Of a stretch of 64,000 bases of DNA, positions 40,301-48,440 are shown one piece after another. Source of the DNA: Phycisphaerales bacterium (GTDB taxonomy: Bacteria; Planctomycetota; Phycisphaerae; WQYP01); contig DAIDJN010000041.1 of assembly GCA_027451365.1 (NCBI GenBank), positions 1 through 64,000 of the forward strand, given 5' to 3'. The notes beneath the pieces are model-generated. The model was not told the DNA's origin, made no database searches, and worked only from the letters and a program-made list of their open reading frames with translations. Positions within the stretch are counted from its first letter, which is position 1, and each line of letters opens with the position of its first letter. Both the position numbers and the translations under genes were made by a program.

Positions 40301-41104
40301 CACTTCGATGGTTTGCGGCTGGCTGCTGGCCGCATAACTCACAAAAGCCCCAATCGCCGGCCTTTGCGTTTTCATGTTCGCCACTATCTGACCGGGAGTG
40401 ATTTTGCCGCCCTTCCACATGCCCAATTGATTCGGCGCCTTGCTGAATTGCATGGCAAAGTAAACCGGCAGCGGAGGCCACGCGCTGCAAAATACGTCGC
40501 TGGTGACGTAACCGGTGAGCAGACGATGATCCACAAATTGGAGATGACATGGATAACTTTGGCTCGTCATCACATGGCTGATGGGCACAATAATATTGGC
40601 GGCTTTGCCCGCGGGAAAGGTGAACCGCGCCATGCCGCAACGCAGCGTCGTGGTCAGTTGGGCGTTAACACCCCAGGTTTTTTCAAAGACCTGGTAATAG
40701 CCCGGCAACGCGGTTTCGTTCTTATGGCTGTATAGAAAATGATATTGCGACGCGCGGGTTTTTACCGGTCCTGTGGTGGCGGTAAAAAACACATCGCCGT
40801 AATTCGTACAACCCGTGCCGCTAAGATGCGTCATGCTGAAGCCGTCTATGTGATGCAGATTGTAAACGTAACACGCACCACCATTGACACGTTTGGGCGA
40901 CATGTCCGGGCACAGCTGCGCCATGCCATTTGGCAGCGTCGCGCCGGGAAAAGTGTTGCCGCCCGAGGCGGTACCAATAAACGGATTGACCAGTTTGATC
41001 AGCGGAGTGGCTGCGGCAGCAATGGGCAGCGGAGAAAACAAACTCGCCAAACCAGCCAGCAAAAGAACGCCAGCCGCTACGCCTGCCTTGCCAAATCCAT
41101 GCAT
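37379..41104 (-). CDS. Secreted GH92 alpha-mannosidase with C-terminal lectin-like and additional domains
   Basis: VNPFIGT, NTFPGA, THLSGTGC, FSGWDIYRS, YVEG, GNEP, NDDCGEMSAW; the C-terminal region has a ConA/legume-lectin-like GYIGFTASNG. Confidence 0.92.
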   Translation of the reverse strand: MHGFGKAGVAAGVLLLAGLASLFSPLPIAAAATPLIKLVNPFIGTASGGNTFPGATLPNGMAQLCPDMSPKRVNGGACYVYNLHHIDGFSMTHLSGTGCTNYGDVFFTATTGPVKTRASQYHFLYSHKNETALPGYYQVFEKTWGVNAQLTTTLRCGMARFTFPAGKAANIIVPISHVMTSQSYPCHLQFVDHRLLTGYVTSDVFCSAWPPLPVYFAMQFSKAPNQLGMWKGGKITPGQIVANMKTQRPAIGAFVSYAASSQPQTIEVRVGISFVSVKGAMRNLKGEMQSWNFDRYRNTAEAIWNKALSVIKVSGGSRNHRVNFYTALYHCLLNPTVFDDIDGRYIGYDNKIHHVAAGHKYMYANFSGWDIYRSEVPLLTMIEPKKLGDMAQSIVEMAKQSGIIGRWPAANRPGAVMVGDPLSVVMATTWNAGIHNFDMKRAYAAMLHMAKLHHKKHFAASCNVASAEEYDLSYAALAGIARERHHFREAAILSEWAQQYREMYNPVTRFMQPRLANGAWVPLFEKTTWGPHYVEGTAWEYIWLVPQDVAGLINLLGGDRPFCQRLDEFFKDNHYDAGNEPDLQAPFLFDYATEPWRTQEVASAEADRCFTNTPGGLAGGGNDDCGEMSAWYVLTQLGLYMVDPGRPNTTWELCTPRFRKAVIKLGAPYAKGTFTITATPAGGSNVYIHSAELDGHQLNKPWIASSAVVAGGILHETLGKSPNKQWASAPEDVPPSMSTDTPANLLAINHGGAAWPQKNLLLNSNPAAFNVGVPNISMVKLKSCGCIHNRLVLTGANSDEQTRAWFQQRVTVGGPWTLKFKYHLLKADKGGFYVAVQNNRFTQHMPFRGQSAAAKGFTDDNGRAPQNSFGLGIDNNGKSVLQIAYSRGKTYGLRRKNIGSTGAVDFSAVGGPIDVVVRYDGAKTIRFEAKRGASRFHGSYTLPHQLSHILSSMDGYIGFTASNGNSTGVQQVGDIRFYAQRLEPISARGYDADLVVKNTIPTVAGTALDRKYFGHTFDGGSVFYQAGLAGAPVGSGLPVNGRIASFGTVFQLQPFGTNNSVFLKGGGPKNGHLVLTPAARFTSMAILASSAYGNGIGNVTLRFRNQDGKSLTVTTDYAAPDWYNIQSRGTTPDGNGYGAAIRGIGKLIVSNSHFSINAPTSGTPAWYVTYLNMANLAGHVNGAPAVTRGLNLTGDTLESLTFNGSANKTGNTAIFAISGVKVGAPQPRIQQFGGRPELAGH

Positions 41105-41126
41105 ACAACCACACCTTAAAATGATT

Positions 41127-41174
41127 AAAACAAATACTTGTTCAAAATATAGGTTGTACCCCCGGAGGTGTCAA
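41127..41174 (-). promoter_or_regulatory. sigma70-like promoter plus operator for the GH92 gene
   Basis: Minus strand TTGACA-17-TATATT (41174-41146), followed by operator TGAACAAGTATTTGTTTT (41144-41127). Confidence 0.7.
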
Positions 41175-41346
41175 GCCGATGACGCTCGGGTTCAGTATTC
41201 GGGTCGGCCAATATTCGCGCGCACCAACAGTTTTTGCCTTCTTAGGCGGCACTTGGGCAGTGACAAGGGCATTTCCTGTCTTCCAATCGAACGCGAGGCG
41301 ACAAACTTTGGCTGCCCCCGGTGTTCCTGCTTACCAAGCAACCGCC

Positions 41347-42462
41347 TTAGGGTGAAATCAAGGGTGCACAGGTAGAGCCGCGCAGCTCCAACATTGTTGG
41401 AAGCAACTCTTTTTTGGGCGGCGGACTGTTCGCATGTAGTGATCTATGGACGGCGATTTCCGCAGCCCGGCGACCAATCAGGTAGGGCTGCTGCCGCACA
41501 GAGGTCAAGGGTGGGTTAAGCCAGGCGGCGATATCCAGGTTACCGCAGCCAACAACCGACAAATCCCGCGGGATGACCAGTCCAAGTTGCGCCGCCATTC
41601 GGTAGCACACTTCGGCGATGTGATCCGTGGCTGCAAAAATCGCGGTCGGGCGCGGATTTTGGCTCAGCAATTGCATTGCATGAATTTCGGCGACATCGTC
41701 GGAGACTTCCACTGAAATACATGTTGCATTTCCAGCAAGGCGGATGGCTTCTTCAAATCCCCGTCGCCGCGCCGTAGCCCACGAGTGCACCTGCCGCCCC
41801 GCAAAATGGCCGAAGCGACGATGTCCCAGCGAAAGCAGATGCCTCGCCACCATTGCCCCCGCCATAGCCTCATCCGTTCCGACAAAACTGGCGTTGTGCT
41901 GCGGGTCCAACTCGTGATCAATCGTGACAATGGGGATGGTACGCGTCGAAAGTTCGGCAATGTGTGACATGTATTCCGCGTATAGCACCGCGGGAAACGG
42001 CCAGAGGATCGTACCATCTATGCGCCGGTCTATCATGCGGTAAATCTGGGCCAGGTCATCCCTGCGTTCGCTCACCGGGCTTTTATCTCGGCCGGGTTGA
42101 TGCTGCGCCCAGAGCACCAGCGGCACATGGTCGTGCTCGGTTAAACAATCATGAATTCCATACAGTACCTGCGCCCAGTAAGAATCAAACGGGGGCACCA
42201 TAACGCCAATCATCCCCGTTTTACCACTCTGGATGGCACGAACCAGAAGATTCGGGCGATACCCCAATTCATCGGCAACCTCCAATATCCGCACGCGCGT
42301 GGCGGCCGCCACGCGGATAGGCTTGTCGCGAAGTATACGCGATACAGTGCCAATCGAAACGCCCGTGCGCTCGGCAATGCGCTCCAGCCCGGCTAAGCCT
42401 TTTTTTCCGGATTGACGTCTGAAACGCTTACGGGTTTCGTTTAAAGGCGTTTTGGAAGGCAT
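41347..42462 (-). CDS. LacI-family transcriptional regulator
   Basis: HTH ERIAERTGVSIGTVSRIL, GYRPN, LGHRR, PTAIFAATD, IPRDLSVVG, PPLTSVRQ. GGAG lies before ATG 42462. Confidence 0.93.
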   Translation of the reverse strand: MPSKTPLNETRKRFRRQSGKKGLAGLERIAERTGVSIGTVSRILRDKPIRVAAATRVRILEVADELGYRPNLLVRAIQSGKTGMIGVMVPPFDSYWAQVLYGIHDCLTEHDHVPLVLWAQHQPGRDKSPVSERRDDLAQIYRMIDRRIDGTILWPFPAVLYAEYMSHIAELSTRTIPIVTIDHELDPQHNASFVGTDEAMAGAMVARHLLSLGHRRFGHFAGRQVHSWATARRRGFEEAIRLAGNATCISVEVSDDVAEIHAMQLLSQNPRPTAIFAATDHIAEVCYRMAAQLGLVIPRDLSVVGCGNLDIAAWLNPPLTSVRQQPYLIGRRAAEIAVHRSLHANSPPPKKELLPTMLELRGSTCAPLISP

Positions 42463-42835
42463 TGACCAGCAACTCCGAAAAAACTTTCGCTCATGCCTGT
42501 GGGCAGTATTGCAATCCCAGATTGTGATAATCATAACCTTAAATTATTTTGGCATTCTACTATGTAAAGCTGCAAAGAGCAATTGGAGCAGTGCTGGCCC
42601 CAAGCGGATGTACGGGCTTTAAAGCCTGCATAAAACAGCGCTTATTGCGGGCAGGTTCACATCGTCAACGCAATCCGCTGGTGTGAATCAATCGAGCGAT
42701 ACTATTAAAAGTTGTGGACGTGAGAAAAGCGGCGGCGTAACCTGAAGGTCAATTTCAATGTTCTCTCTTAAGAGTACGCCACCATGAGCAACATTATGAC
42801 CGAAACTCTGAACTTTCAAAGCCCGGTCTGCAGCG

Positions 42836-43263
42836 ATGCTCTGGCAGGGGTATACGCAATTGACGCAAATTGAAAAAGGCTTTAAGAACCTCAAGATCGA
42901 TCTTAAAATCCGGCCCATTTACCATCTACATGAGCCGCGGATGGCGGTGCACATTCTGGTGGCGTTTATCGCGTATTGCCTGACGGCAACCCTGCAGTAT
43001 GCAAACCCGCCAACATGCGCCGGAGCTTACCGCCCGGGCGGCGCTGGAACGGTCTGGCGGCAATTCAGATGATTGATGTGCACATACCCGCCACCGATGG
43101 ACGCTGCCTTGTGCTGCCACGGTTTGCCGAGTCGGGGTCGGATCGGGCGTTCTTCCTTGAGAAACTCAAGCTGACGCTGCCGCGCAGCCTCCGCCCGAGA
43201 TTTACGTCGGCCAATTGGTGGCTTTACAGGAAATTTTTGGAGACCCCGGAATCCCGAAATTAA
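42836..43263 (+). pseudogene. Frameshifted C-terminal remnant of an IS1634-family transposase
   Basis: LWQGYTQLTQIEKGFKNLKIDLKIRPIYH...HILVAFIAYCL, then in another frame IQMIDVHIPATDGRCLVLPR...LEKLKLTLP. Confidence 0.85.
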
Positions 43264-43270
43264 GGGCGGT

Positions 43271-43351
43271 TTGGTTGTGGGGGCTTTCAGGGTACCCCCC
43301 GAGAAGCCTGTGCGGTCCCGCTTCAGGCGGTCTTGCGTTTTCGGCTCACTA
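43271..43351 (-). repeat. Inverted-repeat arm A (copy of the PEP-CTERM gene 3' end)
   Basis: Its reverse complement matches 47670-47750 at 78/81 nt by manual alignment. Confidence 0.9.
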
Positions 43352-43633
43352 GACTTCAACAGATCACTGGTGATATCTGTTAAAACGCGACCCCTATCAA
43401 TCGCGCCTTTGCTACCGCGATTACGTACTTAACCAAAATAGTGACTATAAATACAAATCCAGGCTTGTTTAAGGATAATTCCGCTCTTTTCTCCGGCCAC
43501 GGCAGGCTGATGTAATGACATCAACCGACAATTCAATTTAGCGAATTAAAGAGTCCTGCGTACGTTGAAATTCAGGTGTTAAAACAAAAACGCTCGTCGC
43601 GATACCGAATGGCTGGCCTAATCGATTTTGACT

Positions 43634-43651
43634 TGGTATAATATTTAACCA
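43634..43651 (+). promoter_or_regulatory. Operator overlapping an extended -10 (TGgTATAAT) upstream of the DUF4159 gene
   Basis: TGGTATAATATTTAACCA; a weaker site CGATTACGTACTTAACCA lies at 43418-43435. Confidence 0.7.
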
Positions 43652-43709
43652 CAGTGCTGCGAACCAGGACGCACGATCACAATGCAACCATTGACTGGAG
43701 GTTTGCCTC

Positions 43710-46022
43710 TTGAATAATTGCTCTCATCGTTCCTTGTCGATTGCGGCCATCATTTTTACGCTGCTGGGACCCATTGCCATGAGTCAAGCGGCAGCGCCTG
43801 TCGGCGCGCAGGTTTCCAGCAAAAAGGTAGTGGAGGCCATTCGCAAAGGAGTAAAGTATCTGCTATCCAGAGACAACCCCGGCACGCACTGGGAACAAGG
43901 TGTTGTCAACGGAGGCCCCAATGGCAAAATGATCCCCCAATATCCGGGTGAATCCGCTCTGGTTACCGAATCGCTCCTTGATGTCCAACAAACCCTGCAT
44001 CTGCCGGAACTCAATATCTTTAAAAATCCGATGAAAAGCGCCATCAACTTTGTCGCCGAACATCATGCCAGCACAACTTATGTTGCCAGCTTTCAGGCCG
44101 CGGTCATGGGCCTGCTCCCCAAAAAAGCAAAGTATCGCAGAGTGCTTGATTGGGATACCAATTATTTATTGCGAAGCCTCAACCCGGACGGCAGCTACGG
44201 CTATATCGTATATCCGGCACCGCGCCGGGCAATCAGAAGAGGACGCAGGGTGCTTCACATGCACACCAATACTTCTGATGGAGACAATTCCAACTCCCAG
44301 TATGGCATTCTGGGAATGTGGACCGCTGCGGATTACGGCTTAAGCGTGCCGGAAAAATACTGGAAGGTCTCAGCCAATTACTGGCGCCGGACGCAGCAGC
44401 CCAATGGCACCTGGTGGTACGAGCCTGCGCGTATCGAACCTCTCCAGATGACCCCGGCGGGCGTTGCAAGCTTGCTGATATGCGATGAATACCTGGGCCG
44501 CAGACACACCGATCGACGATTTAAAGACCCAAGCGTCGAGCTTGGCTTGCAATGGATTGATGCCCACTTTCCGCCGCAGTTGGCCGAAGAATACACCATG
44601 TACTGTTACGAACGCGTCGGCCTGGCTTCAGGTCTCCAACGCTTTGGCGGACACAATTGGTATGAGGATTTCGCCCGAACCTTGCTCACGCATCAGCAGG
44701 TCAATGGAAGCTGGGTGACAACATTCTGGCCCAACCAGCATTATTGCCTGGGAACCGCCTACGCTTTGTTGATCCTGGATCGTGGCCTTAACCCTGTATT
44801 TTTTAACAAGCTGCAATACGACAAGCCTTATTTTGGCGACTGGAACGCCCGCCAACGCGATGTCGCCAACATGGTGGAATGGATCAGCAAAGAGACCGAA
44901 GCACCGTTAAATTGGCAAGTGGCCAATATCAACGCCCCCGTGAGCGATTGGCTGAACAGCCCAATTTTGTATATCAGCGGCCGCAAAGACCCGAAATTCA
45001 CCCCTTCGCAGATTGCCAAACTTCGCCGCTATGTAAATGCCGGCGGTCTGGTCTTGTGTTCCTGCGACAACAACTCCCTGGCATTTAAGCGGGCAATGAT
45101 CAAATACGGCCGCCAGGTGGTCAATAAACACTATGAGTTCCAGAAACTGACCAATAAAAACATGCTCTTTACCATGCAGCCCTGGTTTCACATGTCCATG
45201 AACATGCTGGCTCTGTCCAACGGTTCGCGCTATCTCTGGCTGGTATGCCCGAGCGACATGGGGGCGGTCTGGGAGCGGCAGGCCCTGAGCCAGAGGAACT
45301 TCTGGGAATTTCCACTTAATCTTTATCTTTATGCCACTGGCAAAGGCTCGCTCGCCGACCGCCTGCATTCAACGGCCGTGCCCCTGGCTGCCAAACCTCC
45401 CCTGCGAACTATTAAGATCGGCCTGGTGCAATATCCGGGCAACTGGAACCCGGAACCGGGGGCTTGGCCGCGGCTGGCTAAACTGCTGGCAACGAATGCC
45501 GGGACCGGCGTAATACTCTCAACCGTGGATATATCCGCCGCCGGCGCGGCCGATGCGGCCATCCTCCACCTGACCGGTACCAACGGTTTGAACCTGTCGG
45601 ACAAGGACGCCGCGGCATTGCGGCAGTATGTTCAAAAAGGGGGACTGCTGTTTGCAGATGGAACTGGTGGAAACGCGGAATTTGCCAATGGGTTTACGCA
45701 ATTAATGATGAAGGCCTTTCCCCATCATCCGCTGCAACACATTCCAGATACGGCACCATTCATTACCGGCAAAGTGCCATCCGGCGTGGATGCCGCCAAA
45801 GTGACCTACCGCAAGTATTACCTAAGCGCCAAGGGTATCAAACATAAGCCGGACCTCCTGGGCGTCAAGATCGGCAAGCGATGGGCCGTGATCTTTTCGC
45901 CCAACGATATCACCAGCGGCCTGCTGGGAACAAATACCTGGGGCATCCTGGGCTATACCCCAAAATCATCGATTGCCCTGGCACGCAACATTGTGGAATA
46001 CGCCGGACAAAGCCGCAAGTAA
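43710..46022 (+). CDS. Secreted protein with a prenyltransferase-like alpha/alpha barrel and two DUF4159-like domains
   Basis: Signal peptide; GDNSNSQYGILG, QQPNGTW, YCYERVGLASG; twice-repeated 'PILYISG..F...LRRYVNAGG' / 'LHLTG...LRQYVQKGGLLFAD' modules. Confidence 0.8.
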   Translation: MNNCSHRSLSIAAIIFTLLGPIAMSQAAAPVGAQVSSKKVVEAIRKGVKYLLSRDNPGTHWEQGVVNGGPNGKMIPQYPGESALVTESLLDVQQTLHLPELNIFKNPMKSAINFVAEHHASTTYVASFQAAVMGLLPKKAKYRRVLDWDTNYLLRSLNPDGSYGYIVYPAPRRAIRRGRRVLHMHTNTSDGDNSNSQYGILGMWTAADYGLSVPEKYWKVSANYWRRTQQPNGTWWYEPARIEPLQMTPAGVASLLICDEYLGRRHTDRRFKDPSVELGLQWIDAHFPPQLAEEYTMYCYERVGLASGLQRFGGHNWYEDFARTLLTHQQVNGSWVTTFWPNQHYCLGTAYALLILDRGLNPVFFNKLQYDKPYFGDWNARQRDVANMVEWISKETEAPLNWQVANINAPVSDWLNSPILYISGRKDPKFTPSQIAKLRRYVNAGGLVLCSCDNNSLAFKRAMIKYGRQVVNKHYEFQKLTNKNMLFTMQPWFHMSMNMLALSNGSRYLWLVCPSDMGAVWERQALSQRNFWEFPLNLYLYATGKGSLADRLHSTAVPLAAKPPLRTIKIGLVQYPGNWNPEPGAWPRLAKLLATNAGTGVILSTVDISAAGAADAAILHLTGTNGLNLSDKDAAALRQYVQKGGLLFADGTGGNAEFANGFTQLMMKAFPHHPLQHIPDTAPFITGKVPSGVDAAKVTYRKYYLSAKGIKHKPDLLGVKIGKRWAVIFSPNDITSGLLGTNTWGILGYTPKSSIALARNIVEYAGQSRK

Positions 46023-46354
46023 CCGCTGGACGCAGGGATCTGCGGGGAACATTAACTGCGGCGGCTGTTAACCATAAAGAAACCAAGCCGTAAAACAGTG
46101 ATATCGTAATAAACACATAAAAAAAAGCACGTTTATAACGTCCGTTGAAATGGCCTCTGACAGCAATCTCGCATCAGGTTCGTACAAAAGTCTGTCTTGC
46201 TATCCGCCACCAGCGCTAGCAAATATAGACAAGCAAATAATGTTCGCAAAAAAGAAATATTATGATGTAATGGTTGTATAATGTACCGCATCCTGTGCAT
46301 TGCAGGGACGTTTCAGATGTTTGCTGGAAGTTGAAAAAAGCTAAAGTTTTTCCC

Positions 46355-46410
46355 TTGACAAGCAGGCTTTTGTAGCTAGAATGAATTGTGTGGTTAATTA
46401 TTTGACCACA
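46355..46410 (+). promoter_or_regulatory. sigma70-like promoter plus operator upstream of the PEP-CTERM gene
   Basis: TTGACA-16-TAGAAT (46355-46382), then TGTGGTTAATTATTTGACCACA (46389-46410). Confidence 0.75.
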
Positions 46411-46927
46411 GCAAACGCAAAGAGGCTGCATTGCCGTTGCGTTTTACTCGCGGGTTCTGGTGATCTCTTGAGAATGGCCTGAGAACTGCGCAGGACCTCT
46501 AGAAAGGGAGGCCCGCGATTGATCGAATTTATGGTGAGCAATCATTTGCTCTATATTTTGGCAAGACCGATTGGCCCTTCATTGGATGGGCATCTGGATC
46601 ATGTCGAAGCCGAAAAACTATGGAGCCTCAACTGGAACAGCGGCTGGATTACCCGGGACCCCCCGCCCAGCGAAGTGGCAGATATGCCGTAGGTGTTAGG
46701 CCAATCCGGATCGCCTGCAACAGCAGCGGGTTGGCGCGACAGCGGAGTAATAGCTTGGATTGCGACGACTTGATTTTTGAAAAGGAGGTGGCAGACCAAA
46801 AATTTTTGTCTGGAACCGGCTTCCAGCTGGTTCGGTTTACGAGTTTGTCAGTTTCTCAATTCCATGTTTGTCGACCGCTGCGGTCGGCATGGAGAAGAGA
46901 CCAATCATTTGTTTTACGGAGTAAGTT

Positions 46928-47698
46928 ATGAAATCCATGAAGAAAGCTTTTTTACTGGCAGCGGTTGCTGCCGGATGCGCTGCAGCCGGTTCAGCCCAGG
47001 CGGGTGTGGTTAACATCCAATTTTTGGTGACGGGTGGTAATACGGCCACGTCATTTAGTGGCAGCCAAGGCGCTTATACGGGCGATGCCGTGGCGGCTCC
47101 GACTTGGAACGTCCTCAGCGTGGCGAACAACGCAAAAAGTGGCTCGACGAGCAATCTGATTGCCTCGAATGGCGCGGCGACCACCGAAGGCGTCAACTTC
47201 ACCATGACCGGCGGTTATGTCAGCACTCCCACCACCGGATACGGCAATGGCGGCGGGACCAACGATCTCTTTCAGAGTTATATTTTAAACAACCCCGGAA
47301 CCGGCACGGTCACGCTTACCGGTTTGGCTGATAGTGGAAGCTATCAGCTTTATCTGTATAGTGGGTCCGGCTCTTACAATAATGCTGCAACCGATTTCGC
47401 CATCACCACTGGCAGTGGCAGCGTGGCCGCTGGCAGCAATGCCGGCGTAGCTAACGTGGCGAACGGGAACACCGGCTTTGCCGAAAATACCAACTACGTG
47501 ATCTTCAACGCCACCGCAGATGGTACCGGTACCCTGGCAATAAGCTATACCGGGGCAGCGGGCAATGCTGAAGCCGATATCAACGGATTACAGCTCATCA
47601 GCGCCTCTAATGCGGTTCCTGAACCGGCCAGTTTGGGCTTGGTGGCTGCCGGCGCGTTAGGGCTTTTGTTAGTGAGCCGAAAACGCAAGACCGCCTGA
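46928..47698 (+). CDS. PEP-CTERM sorting domain surface protein
   Basis: Signal peptide, Gly/Ser/Thr/Asn-rich body, C-terminal VPEPASLGLVAAGALGLLLVSRKRKTA. Confidence 0.95.
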   Translation: MKSMKKAFLLAAVAAGCAAAGSAQAGVVNIQFLVTGGNTATSFSGSQGAYTGDAVAAPTWNVLSVANNAKSGSTSNLIASNGAATTEGVNFTMTGGYVSTPTTGYGNGGGTNDLFQSYILNNPGTGTVTLTGLADSGSYQLYLYSGSGSYNNAATDFAITTGSGSVAAGSNAGVANVANGNTGFAENTNYVIFNATADGTGTLAISYTGAAGNAEADINGLQLISASNAVPEPASLGLVAAGALGLLLVSRKRKTA

Positions 47699-47750
47699 AG
47701 CGGGGCCGCACAGGCTTCTCGGGGGCTACCCTGAAAGCCCCCAAAACCAA
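47670..47750 (+). repeat. Inverted-repeat arm B
   Basis: Covers the last codons of the PEP-CTERM gene (VSRKRKTA*) plus ~50 nt downstream; pairs with 43271-43351. Confidence 0.9.
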
Positions 47751-47782
47751 GCGACTCTTAATTTTGGTTAATCAAGAATCCT

Positions 47783-47822
47783 GCAGCCTGGGCCAATTAA
47801 AAGGCCCGGGCTGCTTTTTTTT
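47783..47822 (+). terminator. Rho-independent terminator
   Basis: GCAGCCTGGGCC-loop-GGCCCGGGCTGC followed by a T8 run. Confidence 0.85.
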
Positions 47823-47829
47823 GCGATTT

Positions 47830-47931
47830 GTGATTTTGCCAGAGCCGTCGTCGCCTGGCTTGGCCGTTGGCGGTGCAGTCGGAGCGATGCTGCTGCTGAT
47901 GAAGCGACGCGTGCGCACCGTCATCCGGTAA
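47830..47931 (+). pseudogene. Orphan PEP-CTERM sorting tail
   Basis: Reads VILPEPSSPGLAVGGAVGAMLLLMKRRVRTVIR* with no passenger domain; not in the ORF track. Confidence 0.7.
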
Positions 47932-48363
47932 TGCAGCAACATACCTATTGTTGATCTCTTTCGCGGGCGGGGGGCCGAATATCGGCCCACCCGCCTGCTA
48001 TTAGTGAGTGGAGTTGAATTCCTTTTCAGTGTTCAGGAGTATTATCAGCGGGCGGGCAAACCGGCCATTAACAGCGGGTGTTTTGGCCCCTTTAAACTCT
48101 GAATCTTTCGGTTTTGAAAAGCAAGGATTTTATGGATGTCACCTTGGCATCGACAGCATTGCGACCTCGCCCGGTCGCGGGGGCTACTCCATGCTTCTTC
48201 CACGAATGTTCTGCATCAGACTTCCATGCCCGACGATTCACTACCAGGGTATTTTCCCGGAGTTGATGGCAATTGCCATAAACGGAGTAAACGAGGCGGC
48301 CCAGCCGATCGGGTATCAGCAAATCACGTTCGTATACATGGATATCATTACGCAATTTGCGTA

Positions 48364-48416
48364 TTGACGAACTTAGATTTGGCATTATAATCAATTTATG
48401 ATTAAATATTTAACCA
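48364..48416 (+). promoter_or_regulatory. sigma70-like promoter plus operator upstream of the beta-helix gene
   Basis: TTGACG-16-TATAAT (48364-48391), then TGATTAAATATTTAACCA (48399-48416). Confidence 0.75.
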
Positions 48417-48440
48417 CAAATAAGCGCAAATGGGACTTTA

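Noticed and set aside
48008..48394. Small ORFs between the orphan PEP-CTERM tail and the beta-helix gene
   Set aside because: No motif or RBS, and one overlaps the promoter. They may be decayed sequence but cannot be supported.
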